Source of the DNA: Antedon mediterranea
Lineage: Eukaryota; Animalia; Echinodermata
DNA length: 64,000 nt
Assembly (NCBI RefSeq): GCF_964355755.1
Contig: NC_092677.1
Coordinates: 17,382,101 to 17,446,100 of the forward strand
Reading direction: 5' to 3'
A program made the translations under genes and the position numbers. The notes beneath the pieces are model-generated. The model was not told where the DNA came from and ran no database searches. It worked only from the letters and a program-made list of their open reading frames with translations. Positions 1 to 15,300 of the stretch are shown here, piece after piece. The first letter of the stretch is position 1. Each line of letters begins with the position of its first letter.

Positions 1-3000
1 AGTAGCTGACACGTTCGGATCATTGGATACTGTTTGCCAATGTATTGTTGGGAAAACTGTGAAACTGTTTTGTGTCGGTTTAGTGTTCTTAGATGAATAA
101 CTGTAATCATGAGTAATTTTATTACTTGTTCTTCTGAATTCTTGTAGATAAATGTATTTTGTAGCCTTTTGCTTTTAGTTTCCTTATTTACAGTATAACA
201 ATATCTCCATTGTAGGGATAAGGCCAGGGGAAATACATGTGGTTCTCTTGATGTCAGTAAACTGCAGTGGCATTATAATGCAGGGGACAAAGACCCCTAG
301 TTTAGCAATCCTAAGAGGCCCTCCAATTCTGATGCTGCTCATGCTCATAACACAATTACATGATGTACTTGGTAATGCATATTAAAACATAAATAATTCA
401 TTAGGTTGTTAATGTTATGTACAGTATGCAAATTACTTTGCTCGCAGGAGTATATAAGTATAGTACAGTTAGTGTGATGCATATTAATATCTCATGGCCT
501 GTTTCTGCCGCTTAAAGCCAAATAAGGTTTTTTAACGGATTTAAACATGAATTTATGTAGTTACATTGGCTGCATTTCTCACAAATTTGTGATCCCAAAA
601 AATGTTTTAATCATTGCAAAATAATTGAAGTAAGGTTAATGACAGAGTTTTTTGGCTTTTAGCTATATATATTTATATATATTACATAATACAAAACACA
701 CAAACGATTGTCTGTTTTATTGCCAATTGCCAATTAATCAGTTTTTGAAAATTTGCCTGTTTCTGCTGCCAAAATTGTAATTTATTCACATCGATTTATA
801 TGCTCATTTTTTTGTTCAACAGCAGAAACAGATCCTAATAAAAGTTTATCTAAAGTACCGTATGACTAAAATTTGATTTACATAGTCGTTACCAGAGCAT
901 TATTTCTTGTACCAATTTGTTCCACAACAGCTTCTATCCACTGCTATAGGGCACTAAACGTTTTGGTTGGTTTTCTTTCCTTCGATTTTTATTTTTATAC
1001 TATGTTTTATTTATATTATGTATTGTTTCTAATAGAACAAACAAACACAGTCTTTATCTATTTTGTGCCAGTTTACCTGGATAAACCAACATTTGTTCTT
1101 TTCTTTGGAGTGAGAGAACAATACCAAAGGAAGAATATTTTTTATTGCAAACATTACCCTTTTTAGTTGGAATATCCCACAAGCATATCACTGTCATCAT
1201 TTCTTTTTTTACTGATGAATGAATACATTTTTACATTAAACTACTAATAATACAGATTGTGGGTGGTAATAAAAAAAAAGAATTTCCAATTATTACAGTA
1301 TTTATATCAAAATATCACCCCACATGTTTATCTTAGTTTAAGACCAATGTGATGCAAGTTGTTTTGCAATCACCTGAAATATGGCAGTACAGTACTGTAC
1401 AATAGTATGACAGTAGCCTACAGCAAATTCATTGATACAAACAGGAATTTCAATGCTAGTGGCTTGACTAACAAATTATGGCATTCCACGAATTTCATGC
1501 TGTTATTCCTACCGTTCTCGGACCTAGGCTCACTCATTCATTGCTTTCATATCACTGCTAACGTTGAAAGCACAAGGCAATGTTAGAGTAAAATAAATAA
1601 TTTAAAAAATCATTAAGAGTTTTGCCCGCTGGAAGGCAAAATATTTCTGTGTCGGTCCAAAATGTTGTTATACTGTTCAGTTCTCAAGCCTCTAGAAAAT
1701 CTTATTTTTATATTAATAATTATTTGTGACTGATCTAAGAAAATTAGTATAATTTGCATGCAAGAATTTAGTTGATGTTAATTGTTATAAATAGAAATCG
1801 TAAAATATTTATATTTAAAACTATCAAACTATCAAGAAATAAGTAATTTTTATTTGAAAAAACCCTAAATATGTAAATTGTAATCATAATCATCCTAAAG
1901 CTGTAACTAACAGGAAAGTGATGACATTTTGATTAGGCTCTCTAAGGACGGTCCCACATGAGGAAATGTTTTACGGCCTTGTCCATTGTGGTACGCAGGT
2001 GCTTTTAACTTTTTGTGTAAGCCATCCCTGGAGAGATTTGTCTATTATCGGTTTTTCCAAGTAAGAGGCACTGATCATATACCATCAACACCACTTTTGG
2101 TTTGTGTATTAAGGCATGAGGTGGAGAAGCATAATTAATAGAAGTATTCACATTTTTTCTAAGTTTGTCATTTATGTTTCATTAAGATAGAGGTAATTGA
2201 ATCCAATCTTTTCTGTACAGTAGCTTTCTAAATTTTGTTTTAAAATCTTTTAAAATAAAATGTTGATCTTGGTACAAGATATGTATCAACCTTTTCTTTA
2301 ATTCCAAGCTTTATTTTTGGAACACCATGATGCAGATAGTAATTTTTAAAAATAAAATATATCAAAGGTTCTTGTTATGTTCTGTATCGCCACTCTGAAA
2401 CGAAAGCCTGCCAATATTTATTTGCATATCTTACAATTCAGTGCTATACAGTAGTACATTGCTAATTTGTTTATGGGGAATTTGTATATATTACCTAAAC
2501 AGCCCCTCACTTCAATCACAAGAGTATGTAAAGATTGGGTAAAACTTGTCAGACTGTTTCAACGTTATTCAAGTAGAGTCATGGGTGCCATGTATAATAC
2601 GTTAATGTTTAATTCATGGTTATTGATTGCAACTGTTGAAGACAGATGGAGAAAGCATAAAATAGGTAGTTTCACTGTATAGACAGATGGGTGCATACAA
2701 AATTTGTTTAACTGATGACAAATTTGTTTTTTTGCAAAACCAATAAAAACTTTTTTTTTAAACTGTAGGCATATCTATCACTATAAACTTTGTTTATTTT
2801 TCTTTTTAGCCTTGCATCAACATTGTTATTGTATTAATAATGTTGATTATTAATACTGATAATACTGTACGAGTGCCCCTATACAAGACATCCCAGTTAG
2901 AGCCTCTCAGTTCAAGCTAACGAAATACAATGTTAATATCACTAGACTAGTTTGTTTTTTAAATTGAGTTATAATTTTCATGGCACTGTCCTATTTCTTT

Positions 3001-6000
3001 GCTATAAAACATGCCAGTAGTCTAGGAAATTTGTACTGTAGTAGAAAAAAGTTTTAAAAAATAAGAGTGTGAATCTCCAATCAGAATTTTCAGTTACAAC
3101 TTCTATTAAGGGGACGCATTCATTTAACAGGAAAGTGTCCCGTTAACGCCACAGTAAAACCTACAATACTACTATAATACTACTGTAATATACTACTGTA
3201 TTACTTTGTAATGCTTTCTTGAGCCACATGCCTTGTATAGCACTGTAGCAGTTTCCGCAGAGCCCCTCCCTCCCTTCCTTATTTTCAAATTCTTTGATTC
3301 GCAAAATTACTGCTATATTTCAATTACAAAAATGAATTTCATTGTAGAGTTGTTGTTGGCCCAAACTACTACCCTTGTATAACTTAACTGTGTTTGATTA
3401 CAGTATTCCCAAACAAACTGTTAAACCCCCTTTTCAGCTGACTTATTCCTGTGTCATTTCTAGTTCGCTTGTGTCTGTTTATAGATTGACAGCCTGTCAC
3501 CTCACCGATATAAATGTGTTTTCATTCATTCATTATTAATATGACTAGAATTCCATTCTTACGTTTGTTTTTTTACCGGATTATTCACTATTCATTCATT
3601 TTTCAATTTAATGTTTGCTATTGGATAACCAACTTCATTTTAAAGCTGTTGCTGGTACAGTTTAATTAATAAAGTTGATTTCATGTCTAGTATACAGTGT
3701 TATATAATTATAGTAATAATCTTCAATGTCATGTAAAGGTCAATCATTAGATAGGCTGTTTATCCATTGAGGTGAAAATTAATCTGATATATTAGCCAAA
3801 AATATACATAGATACAGAATATTGACTACAGTACTTGCTCTACTGGTATAAATAAGATTATTGGCCCATTCCTCTTGATAAAAAGGATTTGAAGCTATAA
3901 CTGATCTACTAAAGCTCTGTCTACACTATTAAGTATTTAGAGCTTTAGTTTCCAAAAACCCCAAATTTATTTGGCAAAAGATTTTCTGTGGAGCAATCTA
4001 AATGTGACCAGATGTTGTTACTGTGGAATAAAGATTTGTTCTTTGTGGATAACAACGACCACCAAACTGAGAAAGCAATTTTATTTAGTAAATATTCAGC
4101 TGAAATCAGCATCATCAGGAACAGGTCCTTTTCACCACACTACCATTAGGTGCAATAATATACCTACATACCCCGGCCTGGTTGTTGAAATCCATGCCCC
4201 TACCCCCGAGTGCCACCGAGTCAATTAATTTATAATTAAAACATTGTAAAAATTATTCTGTAAATTATATCTTTAATGCTGATTTAAATAATCTTAGTTT
4301 CATACAGTATCTCCTCTCTCACCAAATTTTAGAGCCTGATTAGATTGAATGCATCATCTTACAGTATTCAGTAAAAAGAAATTGAAAGATCATAATAACT
4401 TGCCAAGCTTTCCAAGCCCCGCATCAAAAACAATTTTAAATCCCAAGTATGAAAGTTGGCAGTTTATAATTGTGTTGCTCTCTGCATAACCATGTTCTGT
4501 ATGCTAATTGCTATGAAGTATACCTTTCATTCTGTTTACCTAACAACTTAATAAGATTACTTTAAATTCTATACAGTACAATGATTGCAAAGAAAATATG
4601 AAGCCAATTTAATAGTGACTGACATTGATTGTGTTAGGTCATATCACTTTAATGCTAACTGTCGAGCTTAGGTAATGTAATTTAGTTACATTATTTCTCT
4701 AAGCGTTGATATAGAAAATTATAATGTTGACATTTAAATGTAGAATAAATATTTAGCATATCATTATTATTAGTACTGTCGTCGCCACTGGTGTCATTAA
4801 TTGCTCATACTGTAGTATTTTCAGTTTGTAGATACAGTATTGTTTCTTGCCATCAATGCCAATATTATTGTTTTCAAAGGTTTGCATGAAGGATAAAAAC
4901 TAGTAAAGTAAAGCTTGGTTCATACTAGGACGCAACTAAAGTATTTCTTGAACTATCATCATTGGTCAACTGTCTTGCGTCACATACTTCTTGTGTTCCA
5001 TCCTAGTGGAAACCAAACTTTAGGTTTGCCGCGGTACACCATGCTTTTCTGATGTTATGATGCAATCATCTTCTAAAGTGACTTATTATTGTCAATATCA
5101 TATTCAATTCTCCATTGAGTAGTTAACATTGTTTTCCAATGTTGCGTAAATACATATTAAATATAATAGTTATTTTATATTTAATAGAAAAAAAAAGTAC
5201 AGATTTTTTATTGAGTACAAAAGTTCTTGAGTTGAGTATGCAAATTAGTATTAGTAGTAATCAATATTAATATTAATAAATTATCAGTAAAAAATGTCAT
5301 TATGGGTATTTCTCTAGTGAACTATTGCCTTTTATCCTAATGTTGCAGTCTTCTATCCTAATGTTGCTTCTTCTATAACACCAAGAATGCATGTATAATG
5401 GACTAACCTTCATACAAAGCTTGGCAGACTAGATAATGCCACAATATACTGTAATAACTCATCTCCTGCTTGATCCCGAACTGCGATCAAACAGCGCTCA
5501 TTCATCTCTTCACGATAATCGATCTTTTTCAAAATTACAGAATCAGAATTACAACTACAGTAACTCTTCTGATTGATATCCATGTTTATCTCGCACAAAG
5601 AAAGTACATTTACTTCATAATTGAATACCTATCTTTAGACTAATGACTTGGGTAAATGAGGAGTAGATATTATTAAGCATGGTTTCAATTTTAATGTATT
5701 AACAGATAATACTTTAGCTTTCGTTGTAAAGTCATCTGAGACTAATTCACGATTTTCTGGATTACCAACTATCTTCTATTTTGAGTAACTCTACGACAAA
5801 GACACTTAAGGATGCCTTTAATTATTTATAAAACTTTAGCATCTGAAAAAGCAATTTGTTGCTGGTATAAAGATAGATGGTTTTTTTTTTAGATTTTGAT
5901 ATCAATCAAGATTGAAATCAAAGTAATAATATTATTATAAGTTATTTTTACTGATAGATTGATTTTATTTGAAATAGAAGCACAGGAGAAAAAATCTTTT

Positions 6001-6302
6001 GAAACTGCATTTTGTGAGACAAGTACATTTAGTAGTAGAGTTTTAGTGCTGGACAAATCCTAGTAGTACCTAGAGAATAGAACCCACAACTTGTCCTGGA
6101 AAGAAAACACTAACCACAGTACCACTGTAATAAAATGCAAGCTGAGTAAATAAAGACAAATAAAAGAAAATGTTGGTTCATGTCAGGGATTTGAAATGTT
6201 GTTTTTATGAGGGCTTTTATTAATACAATATTAGCTATATATGAATTATTTATATGGATATTAAAAAAATACTTTTACTTTATACGAATTTTATCTTTTT
6301 AG

Positions 6303-9300
6303 TAAAGTACCTACGAGAAGTAACGCCATACTTTAGGAGGAGTACAATTATAGGAGAAGTAGGTTGGGAAAACACATCACCGTACGTTATCAAGGAACCT
6401 GGTGCGAATCCTCGAGCAACTCGTAATAATTGGACCGAAATGAAAACAATACCTTTGAAGCTTTCTTATGTTACCACAAACTTAACAATGCCCGATCCTG
6501 AACATAGAACAATTGAGTTACATTCCCCAGACGGTCGTAGCTCATGCATTCTTCGTTGCAAAGACAATCAAAGCGCCATTGAGTGGTGCACCGCCATCCA
6601 GGCAAACGTGTCTCTGTTAAATTGTAATGCGATATCAGAAGCAAACACGCTGTTAAGAACGTTACCGGGAGAATTGGAAATACATCATATGGGATGGTTA
6701 AGTGAACAGGTAAGGAATTTAATGAGTTTTTGAATCAAAGAGAAATGGTTTCCGCATCATTAGGATCTCGCGGCATAATTAACGATAAATGCATTAAAAA
6801 GTACCTGGTGTATACAACAACCATTTCCCTTATGAGAGCCCAGATGTTATTTTGAACATTTTGTTCACTTAAACGTTCATTTAACCATCGTGTACCTGCG
6901 ATATGAAATACTAGAGCGTCTAATGTGCAATAGAGCGGTTATAATAGGTTAAATAAGGAATTAAGAGTTTAACTACCCTAATCAATAGAGCATGAGCAAA
7001 CAGAACAATTTGCATTGACGTAAAGTCGTTTAAGAAAGTTGGTTAAATGAATTAATGTAAATGTACAATGAAGTAAAAAAACAAAAACATTAATCATGAA
7101 TTTTATTTTTAGAAACAAGAACATAACAAATAATGAATCATTGTCTATAGTAAATCTAAATATGTAAATTTTAAAATGTCTTGTGGGTAAAAAGGAATTT
7201 AATATTACTGTATACTTATTGACAAAGGGCACATCAGGCTTATTAATTAACCCAGGTAAGTTGGTGTCCTACCCATCAAAGTTAGCAAGAACTGTGTCCA
7301 TGAAACCAACTTAGCAGGTAAATTAACTTATCCTTAATCTTGACATCAGTGAATACAGTAGCTTGACATCAATTGTGTGAAATAGAAACCTACAATTTTA
7401 TTTCTCATTCTGTGTCTGAACATACCCTTAAGCTTGACATCAGTGGATACAGTAGCTTGACATCAATTGTGTGAAATAGAAACCTACAATTTTATTTCTC
7501 ATTCTGTGTCTGAACATACCCTTAAGCTTGACATCAGTGGATACAGTAGCTTGACATCAATTGTGTGAAATAGAAACCTACAATTTTATTTCTCATTCTG
7601 TGTCTGAACATACCCTTAAGCTTGACATCAGTGGATACAGTAGCTTGACATCAATTGTGTGAAATAGAAACCTACAATTTTATTTCTCATTCTGTGTCTG
7701 AACATACCCTTAAGCTTGACATCAGTGGATACAGTAGCTTGACATCAATTGTGTGAAATAGAAACCTACAATTTTATTTCTCATTCTGTGTCTGAACATA
7801 CCCTTAAGCTTGACATCAGTGGATACAGTAGCTTGACATCAATTGTGTGAAATAGAAACCTACAATTTTATTTCTCATTCTGTGTCTGAACATACCCTTA
7901 AGCTTGACATCAGTGGATACAGTAGCTTGACATCAATTGTGTGAAATAGAAACCTACAATTTTATTTCTCATTCTGTGTCTGAACATACCCTTAAGCTTG
8001 ACATCAGTGGATACGGTTGCTTGACAACAATTGTGTAAAGTATAAGCTATAAATTTCATTTCTCAGTCTGTGTCAAATCCCGAAGTATGAGTCTTGCAAA
8101 ACATTGCACTTGAATCATCTTTAATACAGAATAGCTAAGATAAAAAGGTGATTAATTGAGATAAGATGTAGCTATAGCATCAACATGCTTCATTACACCA
8201 TTGAGTTTAATACTCGTCAAGTGATCAAACCCAAATTGAATTCTCACCTCACTTGCGTGACTCTTGCATTCACGTTGTGAACATCAACAGCAATGTGACA
8301 AACACAGTTCACATATGGCTAGAATGTGATTAACTGTCATTTACAGTTACACTAATATGTTTATTATTATCATTTTCAAATCAATTTATAGTACATAAAA
8401 GAATTGAAATTTTATGTTTTTTTATTTTTTAGGAGAAAATTATAATTGCATAGGCAAATAAACAGTTTTTATTTAATTAAACAGAATTGATTTAATAATA
8501 CAGTACTTTTTTCCGTCTTTTGAATACCAAATTTGAAGTTTAATTCCTTAATTTTGTACACATAATTTTGGGTTTTGTTGCGCCAATAAATGCAAAAAGA
8601 AATTACGTACTAAAGTAGAAGTACTCCCAGGTTTGTCCCCAATATTTATGGATGAATAGGCATGAGACTATCCTCTTGGTTGTATTGAAGTCAAGCCTCC
8701 AGAGTCAATGCAAGGGTATCCAGACAACCCCACTAAAATATAATAAATTAAAATATTAATTCATAATTTTCCTTTAAAATGGACCTGAAATGGAATTTCG
8801 ATTTTCAAGAAATTCACACATGTTATTTAAATGTATCAAATTAACACAAACCCACACAAATAAAAACAAAATGTATAGTATTTTGAGTAAAAACGAAATT
8901 TTAAGATACCATGATAAATTAGCGAAAATTACTCACGCCATTGCAATATTCTATTTCAACGGCCGTCGGAAGCCTCTATATTCACGACGTCACATACATA
9001 CGATGATATCGAGAGCGTGTATGCCGCCCGATAGTCAGTGAATGATCGACGGCCTGGAAAGATACGCGAAGCGTTGACACTAATACTAATTTATTCAATA
9101 TCTAATGATGTTGAAATATAGGTCCCTAAAATGTACTTCGTTTGTTCTAAAACCCGAATTTAGAAGGCCTACCTCCCAAACCTTTACTAGGCCTAGGCCC
9201 CCAATCCAGAGCGCGGAGTCGATCCACCACCCACATCATGCGGCGAGGCTCCGTTTCATGTGTATCCAAGGACCAAGCGATATCAACAACTTGCTGCGCT

Positions 9301-12300
9301 CATTGTCAAGCCAAAGTAAAATATGAATAAAATTCGTTTTCGAACTGCCTGATTCGTGACAAATAAATTATCATCTCATATTACTAATTTAATTCTGCTA
9401 AACTAAAAACTAAAGAAACTAACAAATTTTAGCAGTATAAATTACGAACGATATACAAAATACACGAACGGAAAATATGGATACGCATCATTGCGCACGG
9501 AGCTGTATCCCGGACAATGTTGCCAGGCCAGAAAAAAACCGTTGATTTTTAGATTTTAAATCGTCATTTACTCGATGAATAACCGTTTATACGGTAATAA
9601 TTTTATCTAAAAAAATTCTAAATACGTTTCTGCAAATGCACAAGCATTTTTTAGAAAATACTCCATAGATTTCAAGAGTTATAGCCAAAAAACTGCAAAT
9701 TTTCCATTGGAGGGATAGGAATATATTCGCAAAGTGACGTCACCCGCGAATTTTTTTGATTTTCAAATGGGGCTTTCCCCAAAAGGGCCAATTTATATTT
9801 TGTAACAATATACATTCTAGCAACACCTAATAGCCCCCAAACATCATTCTAAAATGAAAAAAATCGAAAATCCATTTCAGGTCCATTTTAAAAATGTTGG
9901 GCACCAGAAAAAGTGAATGAGTGGCCGAGCGGTTAAGTCAGTGGAACTTGCTCCATGGTTCTGGTGGTAGAACAAGTCTTCTCGGATAAGGACTATAAAC
10001 CGTAATTCCAGTGTACACATAGCTCATGTGCACTTTAAAAAACTTAGTACATCTTTCGAGACGAGTAGGGGGTTACCCCGGTGTACTAGTACACCACAGC
10101 CACTGTCACACACAGTCACTGTGCAATTGGGACTGGAACGTTTTTAGAGGTGTTTACCACCTGTTGGTCCCTATCCTTTACTAACAGTGTTAGTGAGAAG
10201 TTAAATATAAATTCTTATTTAAAAAATTAAAAAATGATCTTGACTGGTAGCGCCAATAAAACAAATTCAGAAATTGAATTGGTGACTAAATCGGTTCTTC
10301 TGTTACATTCTCAAAAAATTTCATCTGGTTTCAATGGATATTAAATAATTAAATGTTAACTTTTAGCTAAACCAGTTGACAAGTACTAACTTGATACGTT
10401 TTTATTTATCTTCTGTTACAGTTCCATACTGCTGCCTACATTTTAATGTACACTGTGTGCTTGCTCAAAGATGAAATCATATGAACAAACCTACAACAAA
10501 TTAAACATTGATGGCGAATACATTCTAATCTAACCAACAAAAAAGAAAACAAAAAACAAGGCCATATACATGGCTGCAGTCGCGTGCTTAAGTTAATGTT
10601 TACCAACCGACCGACTGACATAGTAAGCTGTAGAGTCGTGTTGCACACGACTAAAATGATAAAACATTAACGGCAAAATACCTTTTAACCAACAAAAAAT
10701 AAAACATTGACGGCCAAAATACATTTTTTGATCTATTTGAATACACCCTTTTTTTTCACTATAAGAAGTATTCATCCATCTCTAACACAATTACAGCTCT
10801 AAAAATTATTCACTGATATTCCTGTAAGCAGTCAAGCATGGTTCCCACTAGCGACGCAACCTACGCAACATAAGAAAATGCCCTTCCAATAATTGTGTTT
10901 TCCCCCGCCTACGTGAAATCAAACCTGCTTGCGCATCAACTATGACCTGGTTCAGCCTGCGTATTTGACTACGCGCTGTTTTCCAGTGTTCTTTTACCTT
11001 GCGTTGTTGCATGAAATCTAACCTTAGCGATGTTTTCAGCACTGTTGCGTCGTCGGTTCCCATCGATACGTCGCTACATTGCGTTCTAGTGCGAACCATG
11101 CTTTAGTTGTTCACTGCTATGCCTTTTCCCAAAATGTTGAGCATATCAAAACGAAAAAATCTGTCTATATGGGCCAACATTTAAAGGTATCAAAAATGTT
11201 ATTGACTTCGTTGTCATTAACATTAAATACAGTTAATTTTATAAACAAACATACCCGTCCTTTTAAACACTGATTCTTTATGTGGTTGTTTATACTATAT
11301 ATTTTGGAGTAATCTAAATAATATTTTAGATCTCATAGAGTGTCCATTTTGCCTGCTCTGTTGGCAGCACTTCTAGAGATTTCTAGTTCTTATAGTACAG
11401 CCCTACCAAAGCTGAATGCCTTCACTTACCAAGAATTTTATTGACTTTGTTGTCAAATACAGTTAATTTTATAAATGTCTAGAGATTTCTAGTTCTTATA
11501 GTACAGTATGTCTATGGTTGGATATTGATCAATATAAATACTAACGTGGCAGAATTATTTTCCTCTTCTAAAAGTATGGATGCACAGTACAGTATGCAAC
11601 TGATCAATGCAATTAATAATTACTATAATTAATCAACAATAGATGTGCATTCAAGCGTACTACAATTATACATACACAGTCTTTATTGTCTGGATAATTT
11701 ATGCTTGAATGCTTTGCTTATGACAATTAATTGTTTTAATTTAACAATGTGTATCATACAATTGGTTTTACAGTTAGTATTGATAATATAATAGTAGTTA
11801 AGTTAGAATTCCTTTAGTTATCAATAGCAGGGAGTTGTTATTATTATTATTCTAATAACATTAACAACTCCCTGCCAATAGTACTATTAGTATGAATTAT
11901 GAAATATTCAACATAGTTATATCAGGGAGTTGTAAACCTGGTTATATCTCCCTGGTTTTATTTATATATGACTCAAAAGTTTCTCTATATTTATCATATA
12001 ACAATTTCAACTTATAATATATACTTAAAATATTATACAGTACTCTTTTTTATTTTCATGAGGAATTTCAATTTTAGAAAAAATGAATTATCTTTATTCT
12101 ACTATCTAAAGAAATGTAAATAATTTCATGATAACAATTTTTTTTAAATCGTTTTATTTTGTACTGTAGGCATTTACGCTAATTGCGAGTGATGTGTGTG
12201 TATGTGAAAAGAGTCATTTTAATCCAATCATTCATTTATTGTTGTTTTTATGAACTGTGTAGTCAATAATGTTAATCGTATGAGTAAAACCTATAATTTT

Positions 12301-15300
12301 CTAATAGAAAAATCATTAATACACTTCTGAATGTTATATAATAACAGCTGCATTAGACATTAAAGACAGATTATATTGAACCGAATAATGATAAGTGACC
12401 ATGATGATAATTAACGTAAAATTAGCAATAAGGACGTCATTGTTAAGATCTCAATAACATTCCCACACAATATCTTTGCTTTTTTTTTTTAAAGGGACAA
12501 ATATTTTCACTATAATAATGTGAATACAGAAAATAAATTTAGGAAAATTGTATTTTATTGGTAAAAATCATAATCACACTGGAAGTAATGTGTTGTACTA
12601 AAATTGCTCTACAGAAACCATTGCCAAGAAACACAATTTTTCTTTTTTAAATACTACGTTTTTTACAAATAAAGCATCTATATCTCTATATTTCTTAATC
12701 CAAAGCAAAGGCAAATTACTGAAAAATAACAATGCTGTGGATATCAGTGGCTGGATCTCAATGGAGATACAAAATGACAATGCTGTGGGTATCAGTGGCT
12801 GGATCTCAATGGAGATACAAAATAACAATGCTGTGGGTATCAGTGGCTGGATCTCAATGGAGATACAAAATGACAATGCTGTGGATATCAGTGGCTGGAT
12901 CTCAATGGAGATACAAAATAACAATGCTGTGGGTATCAGTGGCTGAATCTCAATGGAGATACAAAATAACAATGCTGTGGGTATCAGTGGCTGGATCTCA
13001 ATGGAGATACAAAATGACAATGCTGTGGGTATCAGTGGCTGGATCTCAATGGAGATACAAAATAACAATGCTGTGGGTATCAGTGGCTGGATCTCAATGG
13101 AGATACAAAATGACAATGCTGTGGATATCAGTGGCTGGATCTCAATGGAGATACAAAATGACAATGCTGTGGGTATCAGTGGCTGAATCTCAATGGAGAT
13201 ACAAAATAACAATGCTGTGGGTATCAGTGGCTGAATCTCAATGGAGATACAAAATAACAATGCTGTGGGTATCAGTGGCTGAATCTCAATGGAGATACAA
13301 AATAACAATGCTGTGGGTATCAGTGGCTGAATCTCAATGGAGATACAAAATAACAATGCTGTGGGTGTCAGTGGCTGAATCTCAATGGAGATACAAAATA
13401 AAAATGTGCAGAGCTTTCAGGAAACACTAACCCTTCATCAGTGGAAGTGAGAGACAAAATTGAGAATATTAAGTCTAAAATACAGTATGGTTTTTACCAA
13501 AATCAATGGAAGAAGATGTTAATAAATCAATTCTTTCATCAGAATTAGAAACAAGCAAGCAGCTTTTCACATTGAAATGGACCTGAAATGGATTTTCGAT
13601 TTTTTTCATTTTAGAATGATGTTTTGGGGGCTATTAGGTGTTGCTAGAATGTATATTGTTACAAAATATAAATTGGCCCTTTTGGGGAAAGCCCCATTTG
13701 AAAATCAAAAAAATTCGCGGGTGACGTCACTTTGCGAATATATTCCTATCCCTCCAATGGACAATTTGCAGTTTTTTGGCTATAACTCTTGAAATCTATG
13801 GAGTATTTTCTAAAAAATGCTTGTGCATTTGCAGAAACGTATTTAGAATTTTTTTAGATAAAATTATTACCGTATAAACGGTTATTCATCGAGTAAATGA
13901 CGATTTAAAATCTTAAAATCAACGGTTTTTTTCTGGCAATACCGAAGTTGGCCTGGCAACGTTGTCCGGGATACAGCTCCGTGCGCAATGATGCGTATCC
14001 ATATTTTCCGTTCGTGTATTTTGTATCGTTCGTAATTTATACTGCTAAAATGTGTTAGTTTCTTTAGTTTTTAGTTTAGCAGAATTAAATTAGTAATATG
14101 AGATATAATTTATTTGTCACGAATCAGGCAGTTCAAAAACGAATTTTATTCATATTTTACTTTGGCTTGACAATGAGCGCAGCAAGTTGTTGATATCGCT
14201 TTGGTCCTTGGATGATGCACATGAAACGGTGCCTCGCCGCATGATGTGGGTGGTAGATCGACTCCGCGCACTGGATTGGGGGCCTAGGCCTAGTAAAGGT
14301 TTGGGAGGTAGGCCTTCTAAATTCGGGTTTTAGAACAAACGAAGTACATTTTAGGGACCTATATTTCAACAACATTAGATATTGAATAAATTAGTATTAG
14401 TGTCAACGCTTCGCGTATCTTTCCAGGCCGTCGATCATTCACTGACTATCGGGCGGCATACACGCTCTCGATATCATCGTGTGTATATGTGACGTCGTGA
14501 ATATAGAGGCTTCCGACGGCCGTTGAAATAGAATATTGCAATGGCGTGAGTAATTTTCGCTAATTTACCATGGTATCTTAAAATTTCGTTTTTACTCAAA
14601 ATACTATACATTTTGTTTTTATTTGTATGGGTTTGTGTTAATTTGATACATTTAAATAACATGTGTGAATTTCTTGAAAATCGAAATTCCATTTCAGGTC
14701 CATTTTAACTAATGGCAATATTTGTTTTCTCCAGCAAAGTCAATCTGAACCAAGGGGTGGAGTATGGAAGGCAATCTTCATGGCAATTTCAGATGAAGAT
14801 GTTCTTATGTACGACAATGTACCCTTCACAAAGGATGAGTGGCTGAAGCCTTACAGGTCCTTACCGTTAATATCAACAAGGTAATGTACAACATGTTACA
14901 TTTGTGGTATCAAAACTTCGCAGGTAGACTTTCAGACATACCATCAATGTAAAAATAACTCCTTTAACCCCTATGTAACCATATGAGACTTTTTTGGTCA
15001 GAACAACGCATAAGATGCTTACCGTTGTGAACAAGATTGGTTAAAAGTGTGTAGGAGAAGTTTGGTAGGTTGTGAGAAGGTAACAATATTTTTTTTTAAA
15101 TAGCGCTTATTGCACAATTTTTCTTCCCTGGTCGTTTTTTGGATGAAACACGTATGGAAAAATACTCCCATAATGCAGCTAGCAATCATTGCAAAGTTGT
15201 GTCTTGACCTAACCAGGTAGCCATCTATACACCTGGGTGGAGAGAGGCAAATGTAAGATTCTGACGATCAGTAATCCAACGTCCAACACATTTCACCATA

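Noticed and set aside
5410-5830. Coding-like minus-strand stretch
   Set aside because: Possibly a decayed TE fragment, but no motif could be recognised.
7339-8075. CRISPR-like regular array
   Set aside because: Whole units are identical with no unique spacers, no cas genes, eukaryotic intron.
8790-9326. Short ORFs duplicated at 14157-14692
   Set aside because: They recur only because they lie in two copies of the same non-autonomous transposon.
12598-13430. 252-aa and 232-aa repetitive ORFs
   Set aside because: Artefacts of a 48-bp (multiple of 3) intronic minisatellite.
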